From NCBI GenBank assembly GCA_001817345.1, contig MHIE01000006.1:1-59568 (forward strand): DNA of 59,568 nt, written 5' to 3'. Positions within the stretch are counted from its first letter, which is position 1. Each line of letters opens with the position of its first letter. Shown one piece after another: positions 16,781 through 25,715 of the stretch. A program made the translations under genes and the position numbers. The stretch comes from Candidatus Buchananbacteria bacterium RIFCSPHIGHO2_01_FULL_44_11. GTDB taxonomy: Bacteria > Patescibacteriota > Patescibacteriia > Buchananbacterales > UBA6539. Under the pieces are notes generated by a model. It worked only from the letters and a program-made list of their open reading frames with translations, was not told where the DNA came from and made no database searches.

Positions 16781-17173
16781 TTACTTTTCAGTTAAGACTT
16801 TCTCTTTTAATCTTTTTTTGTAATTCCGCAAGTAATATAGTTTTGATTTACTCACCTGGGCCTGTTTAACCAGCTCAATTTTAACGACGTTTGGTGAGTT
16901 GAGAGGAAATATTTTTTCCACGCCAATGCCGTCAGAAATTTTTCTCACAGTGATTGTTGCTTCTTTCTCCTTACCGCTGCGGTGAGCCAAGACAATGCCT
17001 TCAAAAATTTGGACTCTTTCCTTTTCGCCTTTTGGTCCAAGTTCAGTGATTTTTTGATGCACCTTAATAGTCATCCCCGGTTTGATTGCCGGCAACGGTT
17101 CTTTGACAATTTTTTTAATTTGTCCTGTTTTTGCCTCTTTTTCAGCGGCGTTCTGTCCTTTTTTGTCGGCCAT
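16781..17173 (-). CDS. rplS: 50S ribosomal protein L19 with a ~30-aa N-terminal extension
   Basis: [48 protein letters not shown]. Confidence 0.9.
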   Translation of the reverse strand: MADKKGQNAAEKEAKTGQIKKIVKEPLPAIKPGMTIKVHQKITELGPKGEKERVQIFEGIVLAHRSGKEKEATITVRKISDGIGVEKIFPLNSPNVVKIELVKQAQVSKSKLYYLRNYKKRLKEKVLTEK

Positions 17174-17255
17174 AGAATTGATTGCAGTGGGTTAAACCCA
17201 AGCCTGAGTTACTTAATTATTAAAAAATTAATACCTCAAAACTATACGCTAAAAT

Positions 17256-17846
17256 TTAAAATAAGTCAACCCCCACACTCACCTCTTTTTTAATAATTGC
17301 CGCAACCGTGGCGGCGGCTTTTTCCGGATGGTCCTGTTCGTTTTCAATATAGTAATGAAAGTTAGCGTAGTCCTGGTGCCAGCGCTTGTTTTGTTCCAGC
17401 CGCTTGGCTAAGTCTTCTTTATGTTTGTCGCCCCGGCGGATCAGCCGTTCATTGAGTATTTCAATCGACGGAGGAGTGATGACAATAACTTTAGTTTCCG
17501 GGTATTGGCTTAAAATAGTCCGGGCGCCCTGGTAATCCATTTGCAGTAGTACACCCAGGTTGCCGTTGGCGACTTCCGCCAGTTCTTTATGAGTTGTGCC
17601 TTTCCAACTGTCAAAGACGCGGGCGTATTCGGCAAATTCACCCCGTTCAATCATTCCAGAAAATTCTTTTTCCGAAATAAAATAATAGGGTTGACCCTGG
17701 GTTTCACCAGCCCGCATTGGTCGCGATGTCGTGGTCGTGACGCGCTGCAGCGGCAAATTGTAACTTTGCATGTCGCGCATCACCGTGTCTTTGCCTACCC
17801 CCGAAGGTCCGGTGATGATAAAAATTTTATTGTTCCTTGTTGGCAT
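17256..17846 (-). CDS. gmk: Guanylate kinase
   Basis: GPSGVGKDT P-loop, TTTSRPMRAGE, YYFIS. Confidence 0.9.
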   Translation of the reverse strand: MPTRNNKIFIITGPSGVGKDTVMRDMQSYNLPLQRVTTTTSRPMRAGETQGQPYYFISEKEFSGMIERGEFAEYARVFDSWKGTTHKELAEVANGNLGVLLQMDYQGARTILSQYPETKVIVITPPSIEILNERLIRRGDKHKEDLAKRLEQNKRWHQDYANFHYYIENEQDHPEKAAATVAAIIKKEVSVGVDLF

Positions 17847-18801
17847 TGATAAAATCAGTCATTGATTTAGGCCAGGCAGAAACAAATTCCTGCCATTGGT
17901 TTTTTAGGTCATAAAATCCAATTTTGGTTGAGTGGAGCATAATCCGGTCGGCGGCAACTACTTTAATCCTTCGCCGCAAAAAATGAAAAATCTTTTTTTT
18001 CGGCTCGTAAATTTGGTCGCCGATGACCGGATGGCCCAGAGCCGAAAGGTGGACCCGGATTTGGTGGGTCCGGCCGGTCAGAATGTTAACTTTCAGCAGG
18101 CTGTAATTCTTTAGGTATTCTATCAGTTCGTATTTGGTTTTGGCAATTTTATCGCTGGCTTGGAATTTTTCATCTCCCTTTTTAGGGTGAGCCACGAACT
18201 GACCGTCTTTGTTGCGGCCAATTGGCAGATCAATTTCACCTTTCGGCTGAGAAACCCGGCCGTAGACAACGGCGGTGTATTCTTTTTTGACTACTCGTTT
18301 TTTGAATTGCTCTTTAAGGTGATTAAAAGCCGTCTGGGTTTTAGCTACCACCATTACCCCGGACACGTCTTTATCCAGCCGATGAATAATGCCGGCCCGG
18401 TACTGATTTTCGCCGACCGATTTTATCGCCGGGTATTTTTTGGCCAGCCAGGCGACCAAAGTTTCTTTTTCGCCCCGGGCCGTCGGGTGGACTAATAAGC
18501 CGCTGGGTTTTTCTATGACCAAAAAGTCTTGGTCTTGAAAAATGATATTCGGCGTCAGGTTTTGGCCCGTCATTTGTCCAGTTATTTCCGGTCTAGCGAC
18601 AACCGACTTTTTAATAACCTGGATCTGATCGCCGGTTTTAAGAAAGTAGTGCGGGCTGACGATTTTATCATTAACTAAAACCAAACCGGCCTTGATTATT
18701 TTTTTAATTTGCGAACGCGACAAACTCTTGATTTTTTCGTTAAGAAATTTATCAAGTCTTTGGCCTTGCGCTGCCGGTTTAATTTTTAGAATTTGAGCCA
18801 T
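17827..18801 (-). CDS. RluA-family 23S rRNA pseudouridine synthase (RluD-like) with S4 domain
   Basis: HRLDKDVSGVMVVAK, GRTHQIRVH. Confidence 0.85.
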   Translation of the reverse strand: MAQILKIKPAAQGQRLDKFLNEKIKSLSRSQIKKIIKAGLVLVNDKIVSPHYFLKTGDQIQVIKKSVVARPEITGQMTGQNLTPNIIFQDQDFLVIEKPSGLLVHPTARGEKETLVAWLAKKYPAIKSVGENQYRAGIIHRLDKDVSGVMVVAKTQTAFNHLKEQFKKRVVKKEYTAVVYGRVSQPKGEIDLPIGRNKDGQFVAHPKKGDEKFQASDKIAKTKYELIEYLKNYSLLKVNILTGRTHQIRVHLSALGHPVIGDQIYEPKKKIFHFLRRRIKVVAADRIMLHSTKIGFYDLKNQWQEFVSAWPKSMTDFINANKEQ

Positions 18802-18810
18802 AATTTTTAC

Positions 18811-20313
18811 CTAGTTATCGCCCGAGTTAGTTTTTTTCAAGATTTTTTTGACTAAATTTAGCCCCTGCGGCTTGGTTTTGATTTTGTCAGTCAATTGGGC
18901 TTCGCGTAATATTGACAGGAGCCGGCCGATTAAGGGGCTGGATTTGAGCTTAAATGCTTTGATTAAGTCGTGGCCGTCAAGAATCGGTTGGGGCAGAATC
19001 TTTTTATTTTTGCTTTTACCTTTTAATTTGTTGATTCGGGTCTGAAGGTTTTTATAACTGCCAAAGTCCGGTTTGCCCGAAGGCGGAATAGTCGCGGCAA
19101 TATCGGCAAAAATTAGCATCATCAATTCCCGGCCGGGGAAATTGTCGTTGAAAAAATATCTTTCAATGGTTGTTTCTTTCATCATATTGGCCCGTTCATG
19201 GGTCGGCAGCATGTGTTTGGCAATGATTTTTTCTATAACCTCAATGTCTAAACCGGTTGAGGCCAGCCTTAGCCGTTCCGCCACTTTTTTGAATAATTTG
19301 GCTGAAGCGATGTCGTGGCCGTTAAAACGCAGCCGGTCGGCTTTGACCAAAGTTTCTGGTTTGCCCGAGTCATGAAAAATCAAACCCCAAATCACTTCAT
19401 CAGTCAACGGGACGAGGCTAAATTCTTTTTTAAACTCTTTTGATTCAAGTTTTTCTAAAGCGAGCAGGGTATGGGTCCAAACATCGCCCTCAGTGTGCCA
19501 TTTTTTGGGTTGAGGGCAAGTTTTTGTCGGCAACAGCTCAGGCATCAGAATTTTCAAAGCCCCGCTTTGGTCAAGCAGGGTCAAAGCTTTTTTGGGATTG
19601 GGCCGCACCATCTTAACCAGTTCTTTAGCCATGACTTCATAAGGCACAATTTGTTCAGCCTGATTTTTTTTTGTCAAATTTTTAATGCTTTTCTTTATCT
19701 CCCGCCAAGTTTTTGCGTCAAGCGAAAAATCAAGCTGGCAACTGAATCGGATTGCCCGCAGCATCCGGGAATAATCTTCGGCAAAACGTTTTTTTGGTTC
19801 GCCAACGCAACGGATAATCTTTTTTTTGAGATCGGCCTGACCGGCAAACGGATCGAGCAACCGGGAATTTTTTACGTCCCAGGCCATGGCGTTAATGGTA
19901 AAATCACGCCGGCTCAAGTCGTCTTCAATTTTTATTTTTGGACTGCTGTTGATTTTAAAATCGCGGTAAGCGCCGGATAAATGCAGTGAGTGCTCGGTCC
20001 GGGGCAAGGCAATGTCAATTTCTTCAGCCGTTTGGGTTTTTCTATTTCCATTTGCCGGTTTTGGCTTGAATTTAAAAACGCCAAATTTTTTGCCGACCAA
20101 ATTTACTTTGCCCTGACGGGCCAGGAATTTTTCCAACTCCGCTTTGCCCACGCCGCGGATGACAAAGTCAAAATCATTAGTCTCACGGTTAAGGAGAATA
20201 TCGCGGACCGCCCCGCCGACTAAAAAGATTTCCGCCTTGGGAAACCGTTTTACCAACTGCTTAATAAAGGGCTTGGCCTGCCAGCCGTTTAGTTTTTTTT
20301 GCTCATTAATCAT
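18811..20313 (-). CDS. cca: CCA-adding tRNA nucleotidyltransferase / poly(A) polymerase family with HD domain
   Basis: LVGGAVRDILLNRETNDFDF, RRDFTINAMA, C-terminal HD region. Confidence 0.8.
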   Translation of the reverse strand: MINEQKKLNGWQAKPFIKQLVKRFPKAEIFLVGGAVRDILLNRETNDFDFVIRGVGKAELEKFLARQGKVNLVGKKFGVFKFKPKPANGNRKTQTAEEIDIALPRTEHSLHLSGAYRDFKINSSPKIKIEDDLSRRDFTINAMAWDVKNSRLLDPFAGQADLKKKIIRCVGEPKKRFAEDYSRMLRAIRFSCQLDFSLDAKTWREIKKSIKNLTKKNQAEQIVPYEVMAKELVKMVRPNPKKALTLLDQSGALKILMPELLPTKTCPQPKKWHTEGDVWTHTLLALEKLESKEFKKEFSLVPLTDEVIWGLIFHDSGKPETLVKADRLRFNGHDIASAKLFKKVAERLRLASTGLDIEVIEKIIAKHMLPTHERANMMKETTIERYFFNDNFPGRELMMLIFADIAATIPPSGKPDFGSYKNLQTRINKLKGKSKNKKILPQPILDGHDLIKAFKLKSSPLIGRLLSILREAQLTDKIKTKPQGLNLVKKILKKTNSGDN

Positions 20314-20340
20314 ATCCTAATTGTAACATAAAAGAGTAAA

Positions 20341-20369
20341 TTGACTAAATTAAGTTTAATTAGTAAGAT
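20341..20369 (+). promoter_or_regulatory. Sigma70-like promoter of the purD-like island gene
   Basis: TTGACT-N17-TAAGAT. It shares the 12-mer AATTAGTAAGAT with the promoter at 21897-21925. Confidence 0.45.
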
Positions 20370-20449
20370 GCAATCGCTCATTTGTATTATAGAGTACGGG
20401 GCAAGAACGCCCTTTACAATCCATTATTTTTAGGTCAGAGAAGGAGGAC

Positions 20450-21826
20450 ATGTCAATGGCGCGACGACGAGGTGATCCTAAAAGGGTGCTACTGATAGGC
20501 GGTGGTGGACGAGAGTTCATGCTCGCGTGGAAACTCAGCCAAGAAGGCTACACCATTCATTGGTACACCGGTAATCCGCTTCATTGTGGGTATCTGGATA
20601 TTCCCCACTGCCTTCTGGCCGATCCCGAATCCGATTCGGTCGAGGACTTAATCGCTTACGCCAAGCGAAATAGCATCGGCTGGGTCCTGATTGGTCCGGA
20701 AAAGTACTTGGCTGCCGGTTACGTCGATGGGTTCAAGTATGCCGGCATCGCGGTTTTTGGTCCCACCAAGGCGGCGGCCATTCTTGAAACCAGCAAGTAC
20801 GAATGCAAACGCCTGCTTGACTTGGCCGGTATCTTGACCGCCGACTGGGCTTTCTTTGACGTCACCAATCCAAGCCGGGCCCTGGATTTCATTCGCGACA
20901 ATTTCCGGAAAGGTTTTCGGGTCATTAAGGCCGTCGGTCTTTGCGACGGTAAGGGTGTGACGGTCGGCAAAACCTTAAAGGAAGCTGAAGAAGCGATTCG
21001 CGACTGCCTGAAGCGAGACAAATTCGGTGCCGCCGGTCGGCAGATCCTGATCGAGAAGAAGCTCAAACCACGCCGGGGTTTGGTTCGGGGTGAATTCTCC
21101 ATGACCGTTGTCACCGACGGTGTTGATTACCAGATTTTACTGGCGGCCATGGATCACAAGCAGGTGTTCGACGGCGACAAGGGACTCAACGGCGGCGGTT
21201 CGGGCGCGATTTCTCATCCCGACTTTGTCACCGCCAAGGTCAAACGGCAGTTTGAAAATGATGTCCTCAAACCCCTTTTGGCCACACTCAATAATCTTAA
21301 AATCAAGTTCAAGGGCGTCTTGTACTTTGGCTTGATGCTGACCGATAGGGGTCCCGAAGTGTTGGAGATCAACGTTCGTTTCGGCGATCCCGAGTGTCAG
21401 GTGATTATGGGTATGTGTCAACAGGGGATGGGCGAACTGCTCTACCGCGTTGCCACCGGCCAGAGCATCAAGGACATCAAGGTCAAGTTCCACCAAGGTC
21501 GGGCCGTGTACTTAATTCAGATGGCCGAGGGCTATCCGGGCACGGTGCGGCGCAAGGGATTTCAGGATGGCGACATCATCAGCGGCCTGGAGCAGGTCAG
21601 GCCACTCAAAGACATCATCTTCGTTCACGCCGGCACTACTTTTTCAGAAAAGGGCAGGGCCATCCGGACTAATGGTGGCCGGGTTACTGGCATTTTTTGC
21701 CGCCGAACCGGTCGGCGCGCCCGAGAGCTGGCTCGGCAGCGTACACTGGCAGTGGTCAGAATGGTCAATTGGCCCGGTCAGTTTCACCGCACCGATATCG
21801 GCGAAATCGGCTGTGAAGCCGCCTGA
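20450..21826 (+). CDS. purD: Phosphoribosylamine--glycine ligase-like ATP-grasp enzyme (high-GC gene)
   Basis: VLLIGGGGREFMLAWKL, GDPECQ, GGRVTG; RBS AAGGAGG. Confidence 0.65.
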   Translation: MSMARRRGDPKRVLLIGGGGREFMLAWKLSQEGYTIHWYTGNPLHCGYLDIPHCLLADPESDSVEDLIAYAKRNSIGWVLIGPEKYLAAGYVDGFKYAGIAVFGPTKAAAILETSKYECKRLLDLAGILTADWAFFDVTNPSRALDFIRDNFRKGFRVIKAVGLCDGKGVTVGKTLKEAEEAIRDCLKRDKFGAAGRQILIEKKLKPRRGLVRGEFSMTVVTDGVDYQILLAAMDHKQVFDGDKGLNGGGSGAISHPDFVTAKVKRQFENDVLKPLLATLNNLKIKFKGVLYFGLMLTDRGPEVLEINVRFGDPECQVIMGMCQQGMGELLYRVATGQSIKDIKVKFHQGRAVYLIQMAEGYPGTVRRKGFQDGDIISGLEQVRPLKDIIFVHAGTTFSEKGRAIRTNGGRVTGIFCRRTGRRARELARQRTLAVVRMVNWPGQFHRTDIGEIGCEAA

Positions 21827-21990
21827 ATCAAAATGCAACCAATTATTGTTCGTTCCCGCCTCGGGTCATTCTGGGGCGGATTTTTTATTATCCAGGTTGA
21901 CGAGAATTAACTAAATTAGTAAGATTCAGCCAGGTTGTAGGAGGGCGAATTATCCGTCGCTCTTTTCATCAATATTCAGGAGTAATTACC

Positions 21991-22254
21991 ATGAACAATG
22001 GCCTGAGTCGGAACCGTATCCGGCAGATGTTGTCTGGCTCTCATTCCTCGTCATTACCGAGGTCCGAGCGGCGAGAGATGAAACGGTCGTCTTATAAGTT
22101 TAATCGGTCCAGGAAGCCTGGTTGGGCCATGGCTCACCGCCACGGCCATGGAAAGCGCCGCAGCGGGCCAATGGCTGCCCCGATTGCCGATTCGACCTGG
22201 AGCCGGCTAAATAGGTTTGATTCTAGACCGACGATTCAGCCTCGTTTTTGGTAG
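21991..22254 (+). CDS. Hypothetical Arg-rich 87-aa ORF (may be spurious)
   Basis: AGGAG lies 8 nt upstream, but the composition is atypical and the context is high-GC. Confidence 0.25.
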   Translation: MNNGLSRNRIRQMLSGSHSSSLPRSERREMKRSSYKFNRSRKPGWAMAHRHGHGKRRSGPMAAPIADSTWSRLNRFDSRPTIQPRFW

Positions 22255-22313
22255 AGGTAATCGAACCGCAAGTTTATTCCTTTATTGGCGGTAATCGCAG
22301 AAAGGTGGCAGCC

Positions 22314-23009
22314 ATGAGTAGCCTTAATCCTCGTTTGCTGATTCTCGCCTCCGGTACCAAAGATGGCGGTGGCTCCGGGCTAGAGAAAATCATCGAGCAT
22401 GCCTTGGTGGACAATTTGTCGGTTGATATCGTCGGCATTGTGTCTAACCATGAATCGGGCGGCGTTCGCCAGATTGCCGATAAGTACCAGCTACCGTTTT
22501 ATCATATGGTCGGACCATTTGACGGTCAGGCCTACACAGCGGTACTTAATAGCTTTAAACCCGATTTCATCGTTTTGTCCGGCTGGCTGAAAAAGACTAT
22601 CGGCCTACCGCCGAACGTCACCATCAACATCCATCCGGCGCTATTGCCGAAGTTCGGCGGGCCTGGTCTGTATGGTCATTACGCCCATGAAGCGGTAATT
22701 GCTGCGTTCGAGTGCGGTGAAGTCACTCAGTCGGGCGTCACCATGCATTTTGTCACCGAGGTTTATGACGCCGGTCCTAGGTTCTTCGAATTTCGAGTGC
22801 CGCTGGTCAAAGGTGACACGGCCGAAACGCTTTACGAAAAGAAAATCAAGCCGGCTGAGCATGGTTGGCAATGGTTCATTATCAGATTAGTGATCACTCA
22901 TGACATTTATTGGAGCGGCGTGCCGGGTGAACCGGTAATTGTACCGGCCTGGTACTACGATCTGCCAATTTGTCCTGAGAGCACTGATGACAACTGCATT
23001 ATCACCTGA
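22314..23009 (+). CDS. purN: Phosphoribosylglycinamide formyltransferase-like protein (high-GC gene)
   Basis: LILASGTKDGGGSG, IVSNHESGG, FIVLSGWLK, NIHPALLPKFGG. ATG 22314 has RBS AAAGGTGG. Confidence 0.6.
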   Translation: MSSLNPRLLILASGTKDGGGSGLEKIIEHALVDNLSVDIVGIVSNHESGGVRQIADKYQLPFYHMVGPFDGQAYTAVLNSFKPDFIVLSGWLKKTIGLPPNVTINIHPALLPKFGGPGLYGHYAHEAVIAAFECGEVTQSGVTMHFVTEVYDAGPRFFEFRVPLVKGDTAETLYEKKIKPAEHGWQWFIIRLVITHDIYWSGVPGEPVIVPAWYYDLPICPESTDDNCIIT

Positions 23010-23152
23010 GGTGATCTTAAGTAAGAGGAATCCTAACCCCGCGTTTCTTGGTCAGAGCCGCGGATTTTTTTTAGTTTCAAATTTTTTGGTCTTAGCCGGC
23101 TTGACTTTTTGAAAATTTTTTTCTATGCTAACTCCATCGTTTTTGATTTTAC

Positions 23153-23359
23153 TTGGAGGAGGGTACCAAGTTGGGTAGTAACGGCAAGAACAAAAAAGGC
23201 CCAAGCCATCGCTTGAGTCGAAAAGAGAAGGAGGAACTTCGTTTGGCCAAAAAGCACAAGCGGCCAGTCCAGGTTCCTCACCGTGACGGTTTAGGTAGGC
23301 CGTCGGATCGTTATGTCCCCGGGCTTAGCCGGGGTCACAAAAATCACGGTCCAAAATGA
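23153..23359 (+). CDS. Small basic hypothetical protein
   Basis: GGAGGAGG precedes a possible TTG start. The sequence is Lys/Arg-rich. The start codon is uncertain. Confidence 0.3.
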   Translation: MEEGTKLGSNGKNKKGPSHRLSRKEKEELRLAKKHKRPVQVPHRDGLGRPSDRYVPGLSRGHKNHGPK

Positions 23360-23496
23360 AAGCCGCCAATCGGCAATCATAACTCCCCTGGGGTCACCGA
23401 TCAATTCGGCTGAACCCCTTTTTTTAACAAAAAGTAATTTTTAAGCCCTAAATACCAATTACTAACTACTAAAATTTTTGCTGGCGCAAAAATTTA

Positions 23497-23593
23497 TGGT
23501 GGGCGCACGTGGATTTGTCCCGATCCCGACTTTACGTCGTGGATCGAGGATCCCGCCTTCTTTTTAAAAATAGTAGTGGCGGGAAACCATTGG
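23497..23593 (-). pseudogene. tRNA 3'-end copy (..AAATCCACGTGCGCCCACCA) with a 67-nt T-loop insert (23518-23584)
   Basis: The insert is nearly identical to 15330-15399. No matching 5' half was found. Confidence 0.5.
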
Positions 23594-23611
23594 CCTTGTA
23601 TATGATAATTA

Positions 23612-23688
23612 TGGTGGGCTCGTGCAGATTTGAACTGCAGACCTCGTCGATGTCAACGACGCGCTCTAACCAACTGAGCTACGAGCCC
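23612..23688 (-). tRNA. tRNA-Val(GAC)
   Basis: GGGCTCGTAGCTCAGTTGGTTAGAGCGCGTCGTTGACATCGACGAGGTCTGCAGTTCAAATCTGCACGAGCCCACCA. Confidence 0.9.
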
Positions 23689-23798
23689 TCTTGCTAGATG
23701 TTATTTTTGTTTTTTGTTAGTTACCAATATAGCCTAAAAAAAATTCTTTGGCAAGATTAACGTTTTCAGACAATGGGCCACGTCTTTCGCGAAAGACG

Positions 23799-23968
23799 TG
23801 GTGGGCATGCCCGGATTCGTCCCGATTTTGTCCAAATCTTTGATTTGGTCACAAAATCGAGGATCTCACCGCCGTCGGCGGGACCCCGCCCATGGCGGTG
23901 GCCGCCTTTATTGAAAATAATTAATGTGGCGGGAAACTAGGAGCCACCGCCTTGTCTCAAGCATTTAA
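23799..23968 (-). pseudogene. tRNA 3'-end copy (..GAATCCGGGCATGCCCACCA) with a 115-nt T-loop insert (23820-23934), leading into the helix that carries tRNA-Ile
   Basis: Same module order as 15330-15399 and 23518-23584: GTCCCGA..TCGAGGA, then CCCGCC..GGCGGG. Confidence 0.45.
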
Positions 23969-24040
23969 TGCGCGCACCTGGATTCGAACCAAGAACCACC
24001 GCCTTATAAGGGCGGTGCTCTACCATTGAGCTATGCGCGC
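23969..24040 (-). tRNA. tRNA-Ile(UAU)
   Basis: GCGCGCATAGCTCAATGGTAGAGCACCGCCCTTATAAGGCGGTGGTTCTTGGTTCGAATCCAGGTGCGCGCA. Anticodon loop is CTTATAA. It is flanked by a perfect 14-bp inverted repeat. Confidence 0.75.
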
Positions 24041-24185
24041 ATTAAATGCTTGAGGAACTAATGGTTGCCTTTATATTATATGGATTAATTGGAGCTAAGT
24101 AAATCTATCCATGGAATCGCGTCGCTCGGCTCAAATGGACATTTACGCCCATTTGACTCCTCGCTAGCAATTATAACCACCTAAG

Positions 24186-25322
24186 TTATTTTTTACCAAT
24201 GTTGTATTTGATTTCTTCAATCACGGTTTTTTCCGCGGCCAGAAGCGTGGTGCCGGTCAGGGAGAAAGTGGCGACATTTTTTGTTCCTTCTGGCCGGAAA
24301 GTTTTTGCCAGATACAGGGCATTGTGATTTTTCAAGGCGTTAATCAGCACCTTAACTTGGCCGTTGAGCTGATAGATCAAGATCACCACTTCGACGCCGG
24401 GGATGAAAGATATCAATTCCTCCACCACGTCGGGCAAATCTTTTTGATCGGCCTGGGAATCAAGAAAATCGTGGTCGGTTAAAAGCGACCAGATCAATTT
24501 ATTGCTGTCGTCGCTTTTTAGGCGGGCTAGCGTCCGGCCCCATAAATTTAAAGTCGCCAGGGTCCGGCTGCGGTATAAGTTTTTAACGATGGTTTGTTGG
24601 TCGGCTTCCAGTATCAAAAGTTGGCTGGCCGCTTCTAAAGTTTTAGGTCTCACGTTGGCCGTTTTGAAGCTTCTGGTTTTAGCCACTAGACCGGTCAAAA
24701 GGCAAGTGGCAATCGGCTGGTCCAGTAAGTTTTCTCCCAGACCGTTGATTAATTCAAAAACCATTTCGGCGGTCGCTACCGCGTTGGGGTCGGTCAGGTT
24801 GATTTGGCCGAATTGCTCATTTTCCGACTTGTGGTCGATATTAATAATCGTTGTATTATAAAAAAATTCAGTTGACTTCTGGTAGATAGTGCCCAAAGAG
24901 TCCAGGTCGGCAGTATCTAAAACAAAAATTAAATCATATTTATATTCTGAACTTTCGGTTTTAATATCCTCGACATTAATGGTTCCGTCTTTTGGCGTCA
25001 AGTAAATTTTTAATCCGTCACCTTCAATGTTGTAATTAAACTGATCAATATTTTCTTTGCCGCCGGCAATTTTAATAATCAGTTTTTGGAGATTAGCCAG
25101 CCGCGGGCTGATTTTTTCCGCCTGAGGCAAGAATCTGAGGTTTTTGGGCAGGTCAAAGCCGTCACAGACAATATCAACCAATTTACCTTTTTTTTGCAAA
25201 ATTAAATAAAGCGCTAAAGCGCTGGCGACGGCATCAACCGAGTAATCTTTATCAAAAGTAATTAAAGCGTGACGACTCTGGTTGATTTCTTTTTCAATTT
25301 GTTGAACTTCGTTTAAGGCCAT
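24186..25322 (-). CDS. DHH-family phosphoesterase (NrnA-like)
   Basis: 378 aa with DHH/DHHA1-like layout (SVDAVASALAL, NIDHKSE). Confidence 0.6.
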   Translation of the reverse strand: MALNEVQQIEKEINQSRHALITFDKDYSVDAVASALALYLILQKKGKLVDIVCDGFDLPKNLRFLPQAEKISPRLANLQKLIIKIAGGKENIDQFNYNIEGDGLKIYLTPKDGTINVEDIKTESSEYKYDLIFVLDTADLDSLGTIYQKSTEFFYNTTIINIDHKSENEQFGQINLTDPNAVATAEMVFELINGLGENLLDQPIATCLLTGLVAKTRSFKTANVRPKTLEAASQLLILEADQQTIVKNLYRSRTLATLNLWGRTLARLKSDDSNKLIWSLLTDHDFLDSQADQKDLPDVVEELISFIPGVEVVILIYQLNGQVKVLINALKNHNALYLAKTFRPEGTKNVATFSLTGTTLLAAEKTVIEEIKYNIGKK

Positions 25323-25715
25323 AGTTTCAGTAAATTCGAAGCACCAAATCCTAAATTCGAAACAATATCAAAATTCAAATGCCCAATGTTTTAAACGCTT
25401 TGAATTTGTCCCGACTTCGTCGAGGATCCTCGATTACATCGGGATTTAGGATTTAGACTCGCCTCGCCGGAGCTACGGCGAAGCCGGGGTTGGGATTTCG
25501 GATTTAGAAATTATTTAATTATACCTTTTTTTGGGGAATCTGTCATTGTAATCATTTGCCCAGAATGTGTCAAGGGTAGGCCAGTTTGACCCTAAAAATT
25601 TGCAAAAAACCTGGAAATTAGCTAAAATAAAAGTATCAAAGCGGATTTATCCAGTTTTGGCTGGGGTTTAAAATCGCCTATTTTAAATGTATAATCAAAG
25701 GGTTAATCAGTAAAC

